A stretch of DNA of 60,000 nucleotides, taken from Amphiscolops sp. MND2022. Its lineage: Eukaryota. Location of the stretch: positions 29,204,001-29,264,000 of the forward strand of contig OZ076409.1 in NCBI GenBank assembly GCA_964187785.1, in the 5' to 3' direction. Below the pieces are notes generated by a model. That model was not told where the DNA came from. It made no database searches and saw only the letters and a program-made list of their open reading frames with translations. The position numbers and the translations under genes were made by a program. The number at the start of each line of letters is the position of its first letter. The stretch's first letter is position 1. Shown one piece after another: positions 24,456 to 39,240 of this stretch.

Positions 24456-27424
24456 AAGTCCATTTTGTTTAAAATTTTTTCCAAACTTATTGAACAAAAA
24501 GCTGCTTCTCACCATTCCGCTGAGGAAAACAATGAAGAGCGCTAAGAAGATAACATCGGTGCAACTTCTGTCCGCAAGAGGGCCAGTCAACTCCGCTTCT
24601 TCTTCCTTCTCTTCCTTCTAAACAAAAGATTTTGCTTCGGAACTTGGGTAACTTCAGGATTGACATCAGTGCATTTGACATCACCTTATCCATGTTGTAT
24701 GTTCTGCTCGCGCTCGATGAGCACTCGAACCCTTTCGTCTAGAGTTAATTCCCTGGTGCAAGCGTCACTAACTCATGATGACGGTGTTTAAGTCATTAGT
24801 TGAACCACTGCTGAATCTAACTAACTGTTTACTAACATCTTTGGTTTTTCAAGATGTTTATCTCAGATAATGTTCGGTATTGTGACACTTTTAAAAATTT
24901 ACTCAAAAACAGCTTGAGAATTTTTAAAAGACTGCTGAGCTTTATACTATTGCCGTCTTCTTTCATTTATTTCAGCGCTTGATATGAGTTGTCATCGTGC
25001 GAAGCCCTGACGGTGACTGAAAATCCAACAAGATTGACAGCACAATTCGGACCCACTAAAAGATCAAAAAGTCTTTAAAAAAATGCTTGGGGCTATTCTT
25101 TGAGAATTTTGGAGAATCACACAGCGCCGAACGAATTTAAAAACAGAAATGAGGTTCTTTCTTCCCACGTTGTTGCAATTGGTCAAAGTATTGAACGTAG
25201 TTGAATTAAACCAAAAACGACATAATTCGGTGCCCCGTCTAAGGCTAAAAAAGCAGCTTTTCAAATCGTCGAGGACTTGCTTTTTTGAAAAAATCTCACA
25301 TTGCCGGAAAAGCTTGAAAGGAGCAGGACCCTTCTAGCTTAAGAAATTTTGTAATATGGTTTTTAAATTAAAGGAAAGACCATTTGAATCATTTCTATGA
25401 AATTAAATACCTTTCGGGAAATACGATGATATTATAATGACGAGATTTTAATTATAGCTGTATTTTACTCATAACGATATTTCAGTAATACTTAATCACT
25501 GTGCCCGGCAATTTAAACTTTTGTCACGCCGTTCACCCTATGAAGGCTACGATGGAATTCTTCAGAAAGAACTGTAACGTCCGGCACCCAGCGAAACAAA
25601 ATTTCGTTGAAATTCAAAAAGTGTGCGATATCAAATAAGACAATTCAAAAAGGCCGACCTAGCAGGTACCGAAAATCGAAGAGGACGCAGAAAAAACGCA
25701 CCCTAGGCATTATCCCACTTCTATGATGTACGCTGCTAGCTGGATGTTACAAACGATTCCCCATTTAGTTGTGAATGAGAGGATAAGAGACAACGTGGGG
25801 TGGCTAACGATTATCATAACAAAAATATCTACAAATTGTGTTGACCGAGAATTTTGGTAAATGAATCTAAAAGCGGTGATTTTACATGCAATATAGATTT
25901 CATATACGATAACTTTGGTTTTGTTCGTCTACTAACAGAAATTATGTTACTTGGAGAGCGGTATGACGCGGAGCAATGCTTTTGAAAAAAACTACAAAAA
26001 AATTCAAAACTTTCTTCCAACATTCCTTTTTAGCTCAAAAGTTGATCCTATATCAAGGAACCAGCTGTTTGTGTACATTAAAAAAAATTAGAAAGGAATT
26101 TTTGACAGTAAGGTTTGAAATTAAATGAAAAAATGAATCATTTAACTACCAGTTCTTACAAATTGTGCTCTTTCTGAAAATGTAAGTATTCCTATTTAGA
26201 CGCAATAGCGAAATGCTGCCAAAAACTTTCAATCCTTTTTTCTTTGAACGTTTTCAAGAAAATTAGTGCTCTGGAGTTGAACGTTTTTCAGCTCAAACGA
26301 GTTCACGCTTCACTTCCGGCCATATTTTCAATGTTTGAAGTTACTCTGAGACCAGCTAGCCGGCATTTATTTTTTGCCATGTGGTTCAACAAGAGTGGTA
26401 TAAACAACTGCTGGAACTATTGGAAGTTCTTTAGAGTCCTTATGTGCCAATAGTTTGCTGAATAATGTGAAACTTTTGGATCTTGCAAAATTGTAACACG
26501 GGATCACAGTCTTCTGTAGAGTCTAAAATTGACAAATTGATGACTTTTAATTACATTTCTGAAGATTTCAATTTGGTAGAAACTTTACTCGTCTCATTTT
26601 GATTTTTTTGGATTGAATTGACTTGATTTTTCAGTAGGATAACCGGCTTTAGTCATTACTCTGCGAGACTTTATTTAAAAGCTTTTCTAATATTAAAAGG
26701 CTAAATTACAAAAGTCAGTAGAGAATGTTCAGTGGTTTGATGAAGTCCGAAAAACTCATGATTGTCAATGGGATGCCACATTGCTAGCGATGAAGAATCG
26801 AACTTCCTTGCAATTTCTTTATGAAGTAAGTCAACTGACTTATTTTAAGGACTTCAACTCGTCTATCTCCTTGGACATTCCAAATTTTCCAAGATTCGAT
26901 TCGTTTTTTTTTCATTCCCGATTTTTATTCCCTCAGTTAGATGCTTGTCAATCTCCAACTTAGTTTCTCCAGATGAACTTTTTCTGATTTTGAGTCACTG
27001 CCTTCTATGCCAAAATCCGGTTCAAGTAACCTATTTGGTCAAACTTTCTATTTCCTTCTCCAAGAAATTATCTATTAGTTCATTTGGATTACATGGATTT
27101 TCTCAACATCTGATAACATATCAGCCTCTTGGAAGCCAATTACTTCTGTGACATACACAGACTTGACCTTCAACCGAACTCAATAATGCGGACAATTGAC
27201 AGAGAGACACTTGGTGCTATTGACCAACAAACTTTAATTGCTGTCTATTTTGTGTTGTTTAGATTTGAACCATTTAGTAAACTTTTGATGTAACATTGAG
27301 ATTAAGATGGATGATGATAATTAACTCTTAAACATCCAACAGCGTTTTAGAACCAAGCACGATTATACACCGTTTCTTTTTTCTTTTTACAGTGTAATAC
27401 CCAGTTTTAACCAAGCAAGAAATA

Positions 27425-30400
27425 ATGACAACAACCACAAGCAACATACAGCTACCGTACTTCGAAGACACCGCACTTGACGGGACGAAACTGAACACAC
27501 CAAAAGAATGGACGGAACGGCTACGAGACTATAACAAACAGATTTATAATATCGACATAAAAACGGTATTATCCGAGGCGACAAAAAAGACAAGACTTTA
27601 TCTGGGGATCCGGACAGTCAGCAATCAAGAATATACCCAAAGGAGAGTTTAACACGGACCCCGACACCATTGATACGGAAAGAAGATTGCTACAATTATT
27701 CGAAGACTACTACATGCCCAAACGAAACAGGTACCACAGACAAGGGGACTTTTTTGGGCAAAACAAGAAGAGAACGAAACCCGGAAGAACACTGGAGAAA
27801 ACTAGTGTCCCTTGAAAAGAGCTGCGAATTCAAAAATGTCAAACAGGAGGACCTACTTATCTCGAAATTCATCACAAGCATCACCGATAAAAAACTTCGG
27901 GAAACATTTATACGCGAAAAAACACTGAATCTCAAAAGAAAATAGAACATAGTAACTGAAGACAGCTACGAAAAAAGACACAAACAGTCAACAATACCCA
28001 CAGCTTTTTTAAAAGAAAAAGAAATAAAACAAGAACAATACAAAAAATCCAAAAAAACTACCGAACAAACAACAACACCGGAAAATCAGCACAAAAAAAA
28101 ACGATTGCGGATTCGGCGGAGAAAAATATTGGACACCATTACACAAACGCCCGGCAAAGACCGTAGAGTGCCACAGAAAGGGACACTTTGCAAGAGTATG
28201 CCGCAGCAACACCGAAATTACAAGAAAAGGAATGAACTGTATCGTGGAAACCGGGGAAAACTACAACGACGAAGAAGAAAGCGATTCAGAAGAACTCCAG
28301 CAAATAACACAAATCAACCAAATACTACCAGACAAAAACGACCCTTACGAAGTCAAGAAGAAGATCAACGATAATTACAAAAATTTCACAATCAACACCG
28401 GATCCCCGGTCACAATCATGCCCAACAACCCGAAACTATACAACCAGGAAGACAACCAACCGCTAAAAGAAATATACCAAGATGTGAACAAAAACGAAAT
28501 CAAATTTCTCGGGAAAAAATGGGCAAATATCGAATACAACGGCGAGATCACAAAATTATCAATACTCATCACACAAAGAAGTGATATCACACCATTACTG
28601 GGCGTTAACTGGCTAAACAGCTGCCAATCACCATCAACAAAATCCTATTGGACGAATCCACCAACCAATCAGATGCCATTCACGCAAAATTCCACAAACT
28701 ATTTGAAACGAACCGCACAATCAAGAATACATAGGTAAAAATCCAGAAAAATCCAGGATGCTACCCTATCTAACAAAAAGTTAGGCCGATACCATACCAC
28801 TTACAAGACGTGAAACATGAACTTGACCGAATAATAAAATCCGGATAGCTCGAGAGACTAGAAACAATTGAAGAAGACTGTTTCGTATCACCGGTAGTAA
28901 TTATGGCAAAAAAGTACAAAACGGTAAAAATTGCAATGGACGCCCGTAAAATGAACAAAAGCTGTGTGTAAAAAAAGACCACACATGCCAATCATGGAGC
29001 AATTATCAAATCAAATATCCGCTTAACTATCAAAAACCGACCACAACCCAAATTGGATATCCGTTATAGATCTCCACTACGCCTACGGACGGATGAAATT
29101 AGCACCTTGCCATTTTGCAGTAACCGGCGAGAACATGAACAGATATTACAGATTTCTAAAAGGATTCAACGGCCCTGCCGACATACCAACTTTTTTCCAA
29201 GGGATAATAGATAAAACGCTGGGACATCAAACATCCGTATGGCTTGACGACATTTTTGTCGTCACCCGCGGGACGAATTAAGAACACACCCGAAAGCTAT
29301 ATTCGGGACTCACCAAATTAGAAAACGAAGGATACAAAGCAAGCAAAAATAAATCAAAACTCCACCAAAAAAACAATATGGCTCAGACACCGAAACTCAC
29401 GAGACGGAATCAGACCCAACAAAAGAAAAACAGACGCAATAAACAAACTAAAACACACAATCAACACCAAAACCCTAATATCATTTCTGGGTGCAATTCA
29501 AAATTTCGCAAAATTTATACCAAGTCTTTCTGAAAAAACACATAACATGCGACAACTACTGAAGAAGGAACAAAATGGGACTGGGCATGAGAGCGCAATA
29601 CAGCAATATAAAACAAGAGCTAACATCTCCACCATGTCTTGCCCATTACAACGGAAACAAAAAATTATTGTAACAACTGACGCCTGCAAAACCAGCCTTG
29701 GAGTAGCTCTGTGGCAAAAGCAAGGAAACGGGGAGTTAAACTCATAGCATTTGCCAGTGGCTATCGAAATGACGCGTAAAAGAAAATATTCCATCGGTGA
29801 ATTAGATCAATTGGCCGTAGTTTGGGGATGTCGCTATCTAAATGACGCGGAAAAGAAGTATTCCATCGGTGAATTAGATCAATTGGCCGTAGTTTGGGGA
29901 TCAGAGAGTTTCCTAATCTATCTATACGTGAAACAAGTTCAACTATTTTCAGAACATCAAGCGCTTGAACCACTATAAAGAGAAACAAAGCAAAAAGACA
30001 GTACAGCGCACGGCTACAAAGATGGCTGGATAGAGTAAATCTTTTCAACATTATCCTAAAACACACCGCCGGCAAAAAAATCATATTTCTTGATTTTATC
30101 AGCCGAGTTCCCACCAAAAATCCGGAACCGGAAGAAAATTACGAAAAATTATTTGTAATCAACGCTATCGCACAACTAGCAACGGTAAACGCCCGTATAG
30201 AACGGATTTCCAGCCAATCAGAAGGCGCGAACACAGTCAGCGAAACGAACATGCATGACACGCGCATGCTAATTGATACGGGACGCTACCAACAAAACAA
30301 AAGCCATATTTATTCTGATTACCACACGTAACAGCCGCTTATTGACAAAACCACCGTGAATTTTTCAACAACGAATAACAACGATAATTAAAATGCAAGG

Positions 30401-31720
30401 TTCTTCCGAACATACGGACAACTGCGTTAACACTGGGGCACAGACGACCAGATTATGTCAACTATCAAAAGACGAGAAAAATCTCCGAAATCACGGAAAT
30501 CGTAAGAAGGCGCATCGAACTAGCAAAACAAGGAGCGATGAGACCACAGTGGCACAGAGGCCTGGGCAGAGAAATTTACGTTCCCAGACAACCCGAAAAC
30601 GATGACAGAAGAGAAATAATATGAAACGACATGCAATTGAAAAGGAAAGAAAGGGAGTCACGCATCAGCGGGGGCTTTTTCAAGAATTTCGGCGAAGAGA
30701 TACCGCCAAGACAGGACCAAACGGACAGAAACAACGAAGCAAACAGAGACACCGAATCAACCACCTCATCGAACCAGGACGAAGCCGTGGCAACACACGA
30801 GCCAAGAGTGTACCCCGGCATACCCGAGAAAAACTATCGAGACGGTCCAATCAAGGTCATCGCTGTTCATTACATCCGAAAAAATCGGGTGGTCGAACAA
30901 AAAGCGACCAGAAATACACAGCAGGAGGACAACGTCAGAGCAGCTGAACTAGATTTCATGCTCGACCTAGAGACGCTAATCAAGGAAACGGCCGCGGACG
31001 TCGATTTCATAGAACTAAATTGCTGTATCGAGGACAACAAATTCCTCCAACCCAAAAAACTAAAAATGAACCACCGAAAACGCCATGCGAAAAAATCCAA
31101 ATTGATTTCACAGGCAACATCCATAGCAAAAAACTACAATCTAGCCCGTACATAATAATCGCAGTAGATAAAAATAGCCCGTGGCCGGTAGCTAAAATAT
31201 GCAAAAACACCAAGAACGATACCGTAATCGCATTCTTCAATGAGTTTATAAATGTTCAAGGAAACGAATAAAAAAATTAAAAAATATCGAAACGAATAAA
31301 AACGGATAGAGGCGGCGCCTTTATCTCAAAAGAGTATAGAAAATTTTGTAAATCACAGAATGTAAACTGCGAATACTCACCGCGAACTTATTTACTGGCG
31401 CCGGATTGGTCGAACGAACGATCCAATCAAAGAAGAACCTGATACTGGCAAATCTAGAAGACTTCACCAAATAAGATTTACAGCACATTCCGAAATTAGG
31501 AACACACCGTGCGAAATACATTTCGGATGCGAACCTTGAACTAAACTATCTAACCTGAAAAATGCCGTTTCAGTGGATTCAAAGGACCTCTCAGTCTATA
31601 TTACCCGAACTTCGGCTGGAGTGATCACCGACTATCTGGTTATGTCAGAGAAGAAGACGGTCGAACCGAAACTCAGACGAATGACCTTCTCACAGACCAA
31701 AAAACCGACTAGTTCGTAAA
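27425..31720 (+). pseudogene. pol: Fragmented gag-pol (protease INTGSPVT, RT WLDD, RNase H TDAC, integrase remnants)
   Basis: Successive short ORFs with recognisable motifs, separated by many stops and frameshifts. Confidence 0.85.
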
Positions 31721-32445
31721 TAATCACCTCACCAACAAAGCGGATAAACACCCGCCCGAACTTTGCTGATCAACAAACTTGCTCAGTGGAAAACAGCGAC
31801 GACAATCCATGCATATATGCGAGAAAGAGAACGCCACAGCCAATCAACCACGAAAGAAGTGAGGATTTGTTAAAAAGAAAAAATCAACCACGAAACAACA
31901 AGGGACAGTTTACGTCACCAGGCAAAAGCGCAGAGAAGGAAGTGCACCTGAACCTGAGCATTGTATCAGACGAATAATTGGACCACTACAACAAATCCGA
32001 AGGCAAGCCGGTCCACACCAACATTCATGACGAACTACAACTGCTCTCGAAAGAAATCTATGATTAACTCTCTGTCAAGGTATACAAAAAAGGAAAAATA
32101 AAATAAAAGAACCGTTAATATCGGTCAGAAGATCCAATAGACTGCCTTTTACAAAACAAACAGAAAAACTAGGCGGAGTACCATACCACACCAATAATAA
32201 CAAAAAGACATTAATTAATAACGGTAATCAATTACAGGAAAAGACGCCAACAACAATGGAGAGGACTGAACACGAGAACCACCGCACAGTACGGCGAGAA
32301 GATGAAGAAATCCGTATAATACGGTCGCATGGAAACTTTCAACAAAACGTTACCGGAATAATCCGGAGGGGGGAATGTCACATACACAGACCTGACCTTC
32401 AACCGAGCTTAATATTGCGGACAATTGACAGAGAGACACTTGGTA

Positions 32446-33217
32446 TGTAACGGCAAGCTCTGGTACAGCAATATCAACCGATTTTCCAACTTTGACATGT
32501 TCAGAAATTTTGTCAAAAATTCTAATCCGATGTGTGACGTGGCACTGAGCATGTGATTGCTATTTTCGCTGTTTCCACGAAATTGGCAGGTACTTCGACA
32601 ACAAAGAGCAAGAACGAGCGAAGATACGGGCGCGCCGCCATGACAGAAGCCAGAGACGGCAAGAACATCCGAAAATAGACTCTTTTTGAGGTGCTAACAC
32701 CGGTTTTATCGATTTTCAGCACTATGCTACCCTATGTAGCAGAAACCGTAAAAATGAGTCTTTTCGCCTAAAGATCCTTGTTTGGTGCTTGGAGCCCCTG
32801 CGCCCCAGCTTGTAGCTGTGTGGTTTGCCATATTCGTGCCTGTTTTCATGTATTTTCAGTGATTTTGGCTGTATTCAGTAGCGCTAGCGCTAGTTTAGAT
32901 CTTATTCCCCAATTTTAGATCTCATTCACATGTCACCCTGGAACTGGAAATTTACCTTATTCTTGGCATTGTTTTTATATGCTAGTTAAGCGGTGGTCTT
33001 TAGAGAGTCAGAAAGATGCCCGTTACTATTAGCAATCAAAGACTAGGACCGGTTGGACAGTATTCGTCGAAGCACCCGCGGCCCCGGGACGTATTTCACC
33101 CCTGGAGGCAAAATGGATCTGTGGCGATGGGCGCCTGTCCCGAGCGAATCACCCATTCCTGCAGGTTCCTCCACCTCTGTTAACGCGTTAAGCGACCGAT
33201 AACAGCTTGCCGTTACA
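32446..33217. mobile_element. 772-bp insertion in the 3' LTR (solo LTR or TIR element)
   Basis: Perfect 14-bp terminal inverted repeat TGTAACGGCAAGCT, GTA duplicated on the flanks; removing it restores the match to the 5' LTR. Confidence 0.85.
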
Positions 33218-33689
33218 GTACTATTGACCAACAGAACTCTAATTGCTGTCTGTTTTGTGTTGTTTAGTTTTGAACCTTTTAGTATACTTTTGATGTAACA
33301 TTGAGATTGAGATGGATGATGATATTTAACTCTTAAACATCCAACAGCGTTTCAGAACCAAGCACTTCGAGATTACAACAACTTCTTGTTTTGTTTTCTT
33401 GTAAAAAAACATTTAAGAAGAGTTTTTTGCTTTTGAGTTTCGAGGAACAGTTTTGAGAGATTGAAGTTAACAGTAACAACAATTGTGATATCTTATAATA
33501 TACATTATTTAGTATCTTCTAACAACAGGCAAAGGTATATTGACCGAATACTTCGTTACAACGATAGTTTTTGGCGTCACGGACAAACTTGGAAACGAAT
33601 CACACCAGTGTGAAGTTTCTTGAAATTTTTGAAGAGATTCCGCGATTTTTGTGAAACCCCCTTGGTAATATGTTCCGTTTACCCCCCTT

Positions 33690-34179
33690 GGTAATACGAC
33701 ATTTCGTTAAAAATCAAAACCCGACATTTCGAACAAAAAGGAAACCCGCCATTTTGTACAAAAACGAAACCAGACATTTCGTACAAAAATGAAACCAGAC
33801 ATTTCGTGCAATTTATATTATACAATTTATCATTAAAACGTAGTCAGCTATGTTCACATACCCCTAGTGCCCTAAATGCAGGAGCGATGCCATGCCTCAA
33901 TGTTGCAACTTGTCGAAGAGAGCGAAGCGACCGAGCCATACAACATATATGCTAACCTCTTCAATTGAATCAAGTTCCATGCATATTGGCTGTAACAGCA
34001 CTGAAGGCTAGTAATTTTGTTGTTTGAGACCTATTTTGCAAATCTGTTTAGTTTAATTTTGTACGAAATATCTTTTGTACGAAATGTCGGGTTGCATTTT
34101 TGTACTAATGGTCCGTGTACGAATTGTCGGGTTTTTGGCTATTGTACAAAATGTCGTTTGTACGAATTGTCGTGGTGCC
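33690..34179. mobile_element. Foldback MITE sharing its core with 3825-4294
   Basis: Inverted arrays of CGACATTTCGTACAA; core ACGTAGTCAG.TATGTTCACATACCCCTAGTGCCCTAAATGCAGGAGCGA. Confidence 0.7.
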
Positions 34180-34621
34180 CCATCAAACTATCGCTTCCTG
34201 AATTTCAATACTCCGTGTTGTCCTATGAGCAACTCTCTAAATAATGATATTGTAGCTGGTAGTGGGAACAGTGGCAGAGTGATTGTAAATTAAATAAATC
34301 TTTGTTTTGCAAGTTTATTGTTTTCTTGAAACTGTTCTTAAAACTCTTAACAAGATTCGTTTTAGGAATTTCGAGGGAGTTGTTTGAAGCAAACAGAAAC
34401 AAGATCTTATCAAGGTTTTCAAATGTAAATGAGAATATGTAAGAATATACAAGATATGGCAAAAGTTTCAAGATATTTTGCACTTGGACCTCAATATCTG
34501 CTTTTAATAGTATTGCACTTGATTTATACTTGCATGGAAGAGCCTGTCAGTTGGTTTATAAAACGCAAACAAATTTCATTCAGGTTTGCTAACTGGTACA
34601 TGGACATTACATGCAACTACA

Positions 34622-35210
34622 CCCGAGTTGGGATCCCAGGGCCATCGATGGATCATCGCATTCCCATCGATGGTCCGCCGACCTTTTTGCTAAGACCCAT
34701 CGATGGGCCATCGATGGACCATGCTGAGGTCCCATCGATGGGCCTTTGCTATTTTTGCTAGGGTATAAAAAACATCTTTCTAAGGGACTTCTATCAAAAA
34801 AGATTGGAAATAAATAATTTACATGACAGTATAAGCTCAAGAGAATGCTCAAAATGTAAGAAATGTATCGGCTACTCCAAAAATACCTGAAAATACCGGA
34901 AAATCTTACCTATCAAGCGGCTTCAGGAAACGCAGTGCCGAAAAGCGTCCTTATTGCTACCCGGGTCATTAAGGTAACATAAACAACCAAAAAATATGAA
35001 AGAGACACGATTATAGAAAATCAACCAAGCTTCCGGAGCAACTCGAATTTTTCAGACATCGAAGTTTTTCTCCCCCATCGATGGTCCATTGATGGGCCAT
35101 CGATGGGTCGTCCATGGAAAAGCTTTTTTGGATCCAAACTTTACCCATGGATGACCTATGGGTGGACCATGTATGGCCATGCATGGGAGTCCATGGGATC
35201 TCAGTACGGG
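34622..35210. mobile_element. CACTA/EnSpm-like MITE rich in CCATCGATGG
   Basis: CCCG...CGGG termini, imperfect TIR, CA on both flanks. Confidence 0.7.
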
Positions 35211-38200
35211 CACTATAACACATGATAGTTCCGCCTTAAATGTCAGAAACTTAACAGCAAAGTGAACTATGCCAGTTATTTTTTGTTCTATGTTTTGCAA
35301 TTTCTGGCATCTTCACGTCTCAATGAGCAAGATTTTGGATCAACCAAGCAGTGTTAGGAAATAATAAATTGTCACTAGAATATATTGTGACTGCAATTTG
35401 ATAATGTATCATTAGCTTTTTTCAGAACTAATAAATTTGACAATTTCTTGGAATATGGGTAATATATTTGTGACAAAGTCATGACAAAGACATGACCAAT
35501 CTACTTTCAGTATTTGTTCGCATTTCAGTAAAGCTCGTGACTACAAAATTCTTACTTTTGTAAAACGTGTATACCGATAAAGTGATCCTGAATAGCTGAT
35601 TCACTGAGAATCAAATCACTAAATTCACCGGCAAAGAAATATCTGACTTTTATTCCCATGTCCGGGATGACTCAAAGTCTCCTGTGATTTAATGTTAATG
35701 TAGATGCAAGATAGCAAGAGCTCAAACTATGCAACAAATTTTGAACATGACCAGTACCGATAGAACTATTCAAATGCAATCTCAAATATTGTGCGTGCAC
35801 AAGGAGTTTTCCCATTTATATTCCTGGTTAGAATGGACAATTATCAACCACAACCTTCTATCGTTTTATGAAAAACATTTGGGTAAAAAATAATCCAAGT
35901 TAGAGTCCGTTTGTTCAAAGACAATTGACAAATATATCGGACTTTTATCACGAAATGTTTCTTTATGTTGCAGTGTTTTGTCTGCGTGTTTTTTATTCCA
36001 GTTATAATTTCAAGACTTTCAACTCTCAATTTTGCGCTTCTAGTCGATGAAAACTAAACAATTGCATGTATTTATCGGACTATTGGACCTATAGTACATT
36101 GCATTTATTGCAATAAATTATTGTCTAGATATTTGGAAACCATGGTTGGTAAAATAATTATTGCAATAATATACTTTTAGGAATTATTACTTCTAATACT
36201 ATTGCAATATATTATTTCCGAACACTGCAACTAAGTAATCGTTTTAGGCGAAATTCCACTACTAATTTGACGAAAACGAGGTGACTAGACCAAGATATAG
36301 AATTTTTGCGTCATTCTATAGTGATGAAAATTCAACAACAATATGTAGACATCAGGGCATCTTCAAATGCAAGCCAATTATCTTTTTTATGGTCATCGGA
36401 ACAATTTGTCAGTCTAAAGATGTATTGAATTTCCAAATTTTGCATGAGTTATATGGTTCATATGATTCCATGAATTGAACTGTTTGGAATCGCAGGTTGC
36501 GTTGGATCGATGACTATCTCCTCTTTTAGGCTGTGATCGCAAACGTTGTTGATAGATTTATAAATACAACAGTTATGACATATTCGATAACAAACTGCTC
36601 GAGTACAACTAGATCTGTTGTACTGCTTTTAGGTACGGTACAGTGAAATAAGTTGTTAGAACAACGGTTGGTCACTTTTTTCAGCAGATTTGAGACTTAT
36701 TTTAAGCTTTGGACCGTCCAGTGACTGCTCTAGTTTGGTTTTCAGAGTTTTTTTATTTTCGCGAATCTAAATTCCCAGCCGTGAGAAAACAGTTGCTCCC
36801 GTTGTGCTTTGGGAAACCCAAAATATTCGTTGACAAACCTCTTAGATGTAACCAGGCATCAGTGAGCTATGCAAAACTTTGGCTAACAAGCGGCCTTGGA
36901 CACATAACTCAGTGTTATAACCATAAAATGATACAATGGTTTTAGCGAATGTAAAATGTCCACATGTAGCTGAAGAAGTTTTAAAGGTCAAACTCAAAAC
37001 TCTGGCGACTTTTCTTTCTGCCTTTCCGAAAACACGGTAAACTCATTTAGCTTATCAAGTTTTAAATACATTTTTGCATTTCGATCAGCAGTTTACATCT
37101 GCCATCATTAAACTCTAAGTTTTTGTTCATTTTTTTGTTCATTTGAGAAACGAAAAATTTTAGTTTAAGCACGGAATTTGCTTTCAACACTTTCTGCCAG
37201 TGGCTACTAGATGCGGTGGTGGGAAGCTGGAAAGTACATTCCACTTGGCCTACAAGTCGACGCTGGCTACTTCGCGAGTCCATTGAGGCTGGGAAGGCTG
37301 TGAACAGGTTCGCATCTTGCGCGGGATCACTGTTTTTGCTTGCAAATGTAGAGGGAAATCCTAAACTGTCTTTTTTGAGTAATTCCGTGTTTCTGTGTTT
37401 CTTGAAAAAGTGTTCAGTGAAATTGTAATTTAATCAAAAGTAAGACACTTGACCTCTTTGGCTAAATTTGATGTTAGTCTAGACGAGAACAAAACAAATC
37501 ACTGTAATATGGTTCTATAGAATATAATCTTGTGGCAAATCTACAATGCTCAATGAATCTTACAAAACTCATTCACGCAAACGCTTAAACAGCTTTTCTT
37601 TCACGGAATAATTTATTTTTGCACTTCCATCGTTTTTGAAAAAAGTTCTAGTTATTCATTCTGGGCCGATTTTTCTGCATTCAACCCAACTACTTCATCA
37701 TTCACTTTCCAATCGCTTTCTTCTCGTACGTTCCCACGTGATGTTTTTGTCAATTGACGTTAATTGACGTTAACGTTTTAATTTAGCGACAACAGAATAT
37801 TTTAGCTATATCTTATCGTGGAAATATCTTGCTATACGCTCATGGAGCAGGAGACTGCCTTCAGTGTTTGAACAGTTTGACGAGTTTCAGCATTTTCAGC
37901 ATAAATTTCTTCCGAATTATGAAAAGACTTGCATAGTCTTTCAAAAATCAAAATTTAGTTCCTACGTGGAATTTCCTATTTCTTCTGCATATTTGCGTAA
38001 TTGAGAAGCTTTCAAGTGCGTTCTTCAAAGTTGGGTTTAATCTTGTATGTTGTGCCATTTGCTCGTGTGGTGCTACAGATTTTTCGTGGTAACTTTTCTA
38101 TTTTTCTGAAAAAATCTATAAAATTGAAAATATATTTACAGAAAACGCACTCTTACTTTTTCTTCTTCGTCCGACATGTCACAGCTTTGTCACTTTTTCT

Positions 38201-39104
38201 CAGACGCTTGTTTTGACTGCACCATAAATCAGCCTCATAATAACAAATAGATAATGTATCTCGTGTAAACTATTTGCTACAGACGCTTCAAACAAAAATT
38301 GTAATGATATTTTTATTGAGTTGTATTAATAGCAATAAACGAATGAAAATCTAGTCGAGGATGTTCCTTCACAGTTGGAAAATTCAACATTTATTTCCAT
38401 CCACGCTTCGTACATGTTGAGAGAACGGCCATCGTTGTTATAATTTTGGTTATAAGTCTTACCAAGTTAGAAATGTGTCACTGGCGAACATGTGCGATCT
38501 GAAATTCCACTTGGTCTCCAACCACGGGGGACGATTCCGAGTTACAGAATTTTTTGTAAAACAATATATATGTAAAAGTTGTAATTCTATTTCGGTAACA
38601 TAAGGATAAATTAAATTCTCTCAAAGTACCGCCGCCACAAAACTGTTTTGTTTAAAAACGTTTTTTTTCAATTTCCGTAATTGCTCAACCGTCCCTAAGT
38701 GTGGGCTATAACCGAGTGTAGTTAAAACCATATGCCCCTAATTCACTCCCACTTGCTGTTGTTTATAGTTATAAGTATGAAAAGTTGTTGTTTTTTTAAA
38801 TTTTATAATTTAGGTCACAAAAATTTCCAGCGCATGAAGCAATGAATATAATTAAAAATGTCAATTCTACAAACGTGCAAAAGTAGTCCTCCTGAAAGCC
38901 ATGTAAGCAATGTCATGAATGGCGCAAAAATAGAAACAGCAAAATCACAAAATCAACGTACCATTTTTCAGTTTATAAACTATAGCCAATACGTCCAACC
39001 CTGTTTCTTTTGTTATTATTTTCCGCCCACATAAATGGGGGAAGAAAATCATGATCTGTGACGCGTTTTTTTTTACAAATTCTGCCAAAACTCCACTTTA
39101 TCTC

Positions 39105-39240
39105 CACTCCATCGAGTGAAGTGCACTTCACTTATTGCTTTCCCAGCCAGTAGGTCGTGTGTTCGAACCCGGCCTGGTGCTTGAATTTTTTCGTGTTTCC
39201 CAGCCAGTAGGTCGTGGGTTCGATCCTCTCCTTCGCCATA
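39105..39240 (+). other. Tandem tRNA-derived fragments (SINE-like, not a functional tRNA)
   Basis: Two copies of TTTCCCAGCCAGTAGGTCGTG.GTTCGA.CC (T-loop/B-box); no complete cloverleaf seen. Confidence 0.5.

Larger units (their letters stand above)
27147..33380 (+). mobile_element. Old degenerate Ty3/Gypsy LTR retrotransposon with short LTRs
   Basis: LTRs at 27147-~27375 and 32376-33380 (interrupted), TSD ACTTC (27142-27146, 33381-33385), PPT GGAGGGGGGAA at 32365-32375. Confidence 0.9.

Noticed and set aside
39105..39240. Functional tRNA gene
   Set aside because: Only 3' half-like segments; acceptor and D stems do not pair
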